The notes beneath the pieces were generated by a model that did not search any database, was not told the DNA's origin, and saw only the letters and a list, made by a program, of their open reading frames with translations. Below are positions 26,689-28,278 of a stretch of 28,278 nt of DNA, piece after piece. Within the stretch, counting starts at the first letter, position 1. The number at the start of each line of letters is the position of its first letter. Position numbers and translations under genes: made by a program. This DNA is from a virus (lineage: Duplodnaviria; Caudoviricetes), in IMG/VR virus record IMGVR_UViG_3300030333_007498, positions 1 through 28,278 of that record. The stretch is one strand, 5' to 3'.

Positions 26689-27253
26689 AATTTCCTTCTT
26701 TTTTTACTTTGTTAATAAACTTGTTGTGAACATTAATGCATCCCTGAATGCTCATATTTAACTCTTCTGCAATATGTCTCCAAGGTGTGAGCTTATTATT
26801 ACCTGCTCCGTATCGCATGTCAACTATTTTTTTCACCCTTTCGTCTTTTTCTTCCTCTAGACATTTTTCAAACACACACATAGCCTCTCCCTTATTGATG
26901 TCTCTAATGAAAGAGTCACAACTAGGCTCAACATAGGTATATTCGTCATCAATAAAAATTTCTTTATTCTTTTTTCTTTTATTGAGAGCATTAAGACATT
27001 TCCACTTTGTTTGGTTTGCTAAGTGGGTAGAAAATTTTGTATTTCTGTCGGGATCATAATTTAGAGCCGCAGAATAAATAGTGGAATCTTTTTCTCCTAC
27101 TATCTGGCTCTTATCGAGAGCATTTTGAGGGTGAGACATAAAATGGTTCACCATTGAGTGAAAAATACCAGAGTGACGATCAATGATTTCCAACAAGCTG
27201 TCTTGATCATTGTCGTCTTGAATCTTAGAAATTAAAGTCAAGTCACTACTCAT
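26681..27253 (-). CDS. Sigma-70-family RNA polymerase sigma factor-like protein (regions 2 and 4)
   Basis: AALNYDPDRNTKFSTHL (region 2) and KKIVDMRYG...WRHIAEELNMS (region 4 HTH). ATG 27253 preferred; GTG 27289 is possible. Confidence 0.8.
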   Translation of the reverse strand: MSSDLTLISKIQDDNDQDSLLEIIDRHSGIFHSMVNHFMSHPQNALDKSQIVGEKDSTIYSAALNYDPDRNTKFSTHLANQTKWKCLNALNKRKKNKEIFIDDEYTYVEPSCDSFIRDINKGEAMCVFEKCLEEEKDERVKKIVDMRYGAGNNKLTPWRHIAEELNMSIQGCINVHNKFINKVKKEGNYV

Positions 27254-27329
27254 CGACCCAATTCTATGCTCTGGTTTACCTTTTTCCACAAAAACTGAAA
27301 GTTCAATTCTTGATTTTATATTATATTTA

Positions 27330-27360
27330 TATTACGTTTTACTGTAAGTAAAACGTAATA
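27330..27360. repeat. Perfect 14-bp inverted repeat with 3-nt loop
   Basis: TATTACGTTTTACT-GTA-AGTAAAACGTAATA. Confidence 0.9.
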
Positions 27361-27412
27361 CTTTACCTTTTACGTTAGGAAAGGAAGAGTCGTTGTCTCC
27401 GTTTCACGGTAT

Positions 27413-27440
27413 ATTATACGGGCGACTCTTGGTTTGTCAA
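27413..27440 (-). promoter_or_regulatory. Consensus sigma70 promoter TTGACA-N16-TATAAT for the sigma-ssb-GT operon
   Basis: + strand TGTCAA 27435-27440 and ATTATA 27413-27418. Confidence 0.8.
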
Positions 27441-27469
27441 ATTAAATTTTCGGAAATTTTCATATTGAC

Positions 27470-27499
27470 TTGACAGAGGCATATTGCTAAGTGTAAAAT
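27470..27499 (+). promoter_or_regulatory. nrdB promoter TTGACA-N18-TAAAAT overlapping a GTGTAA motif (27491-27496)
   Basis: Read directly; ends 9 nt before ATG 27509. Confidence 0.6.
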
Positions 27500-27508
27500 T
27501 GTTTAGTC

Positions 27509-28278
27509 ATGATTTTCGAAGAACAAGTATCAAGGAAGCCCGACCACTATCCATGGGCGCAGGAGTTTATAGAGGCAATGCATAACGGTTTTTGGACCGA
27601 TAAAGAGTTTAGTTTTAGTAGTGATATTCAGGATTTTAACGTAAATTTAAGCGAAGATGAGAGGGAAATGATCATCAGAACGCTTTCTGCGATTGGTCAG
27701 ATTGAAGTAGCCGTTAAGAAGTTTTGGAGTAAGTTGGGAGACAACCTGCCTCATCCCAGCTTAACTGACCTCGGCTATGTAATGGCAAACGTTGAGGTTA
27801 TTCACAATAATGCTTACGAGAGGCTCTTAAAAGTCCTGGGATTAGAAGATGTTTTTGAGGAAAACCTAAAGCTAGACTTTATTGAAGGTAGAGTTAAATA
27901 TCTCCGCAAGTATAACCACAAGTTTTACAAAGATTCCAAGAAACAATATGTGTATGCACTCACTCTTTTTACTTTGTTCGTGGAAAATGTTTCTTTGTTT
28001 AGCCAGTTCTATGTGATTAATTGGTTTAATCGTTATCGCAATGTCCTTAAGGATACTGGTCAGCAGGTGAAGTATACCAGAAACGAAGAAAACATTCATG
28101 CTCTTGCGGGAATCAAAATTATCAACACCATCCGAAGCGAGCATCCAGAGCTTTTTGATGATGAATTGGAGGAAAGGATTGCCAGCGAAGCCAAAGCTGC
28201 CTTTGTAGCAGAAAGTTACCTCGTAGACTGGATGGTAAATGGATTTAATGAAAAAGGTCTCAATGCCGACATCTTGAA
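27509..28278 (+). CDS. nrdB: Class I ribonucleotide reductase beta subunit (3'-truncated; not in the ORF track)
   Basis: Manual translation: MIFEEQVSRKPDHYPWA...FWTDKE...QIEVAVK...EVIHNNAY...FVENVSLFSQF...EENIH. Open to the window end. Confidence 0.93.
   Translation, partial: MIFEEQVSRKPDHYPWAQEFIEAMHNGFWTDKEFSFSSDIQDFNVNLSEDEREMIIRTLSAIGQIEVAVKKFWSKLGDNLPHPSLTDLGYVMANVEVIHNNAYERLLKVLGLEDVFEENLKLDFIEGRVKYLRKYNHKFYKDSKKQYVYALTLFTLFVENVSLFSQFYVINWFNRYRNVLKDTGQQVKYTRNEENIHALAGIKIINTIRSEHPELFDDELEERIASEAKAAFVAESYLVDWMVNGFNEKGLNADIL

Noticed and set aside
27330-27360. Hairpin as an intrinsic terminator
   Set aside because: AT-rich stem with no proper U-tract on either strand; kept only as a repeat.
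3583-28144. Short antisense and alternate-frame ORFs in the track (e.g. 4756-4980, 5637-6053, 7209-7742, 20047-20733, 27872-28144)
   Set aside because: They shadow well-supported genes on the other strand or frame and show no recognisable motifs.
1-28278. CRISPR arrays, tRNAs, introns/inteins, IS elements, stop-codon reassignment
   Set aside because: No spaced direct repeats or cloverleafs seen in the short intergenic gaps. terL and nrdB are uninterrupted, and long ORFs tile the window in the standard code with TAA, TAG and TGA all used as stops.

Overview
A gene-dense segment of a large tailed dsDNA bacteriophage (Caudoviricetes), readable in the standard code. The host cannot be determined from this window. 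It holds most of a virion morphogenesis region. On the + strand: ERCC4-like nuclease (partial), large terminase, portal, a Lys-rich EF-hand protein, protease-scaffold, head decoration protein, major capsid protein and adaptor. Next come an inverted block of neck and tail-tube genes, probable tail chaperones, a 2270-aa tape measure protein and tail-tip genes. A leftward accessory operon follows (sigma-70-like factor, SSB, glycosyltransferase, Hsp20, FmdB-like), then the 5' part of a ribonucleotide reductase beta gene. Main findings: (1) a start-less 71-codon ORF reachable only by a -1 shift at an A9 run in the head module; (2) a tape measure carrying a PD-(D/E)XK-like domain bracketed by repeated GYxPNFA motifs, a possible processed ejected cargo; (3) a GTGTAA/TGTAAACAA motif before many structural genes, including an 18/21-nt twin inside the protease gene, alongside a phage sigma factor; (4) NrdB with class Id (Mn-type) signatures; (5) a structured intergenic region at 27.3-27.5 kb. 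All family assignments come from motifs recognised by eye and from gene order, not database searches.
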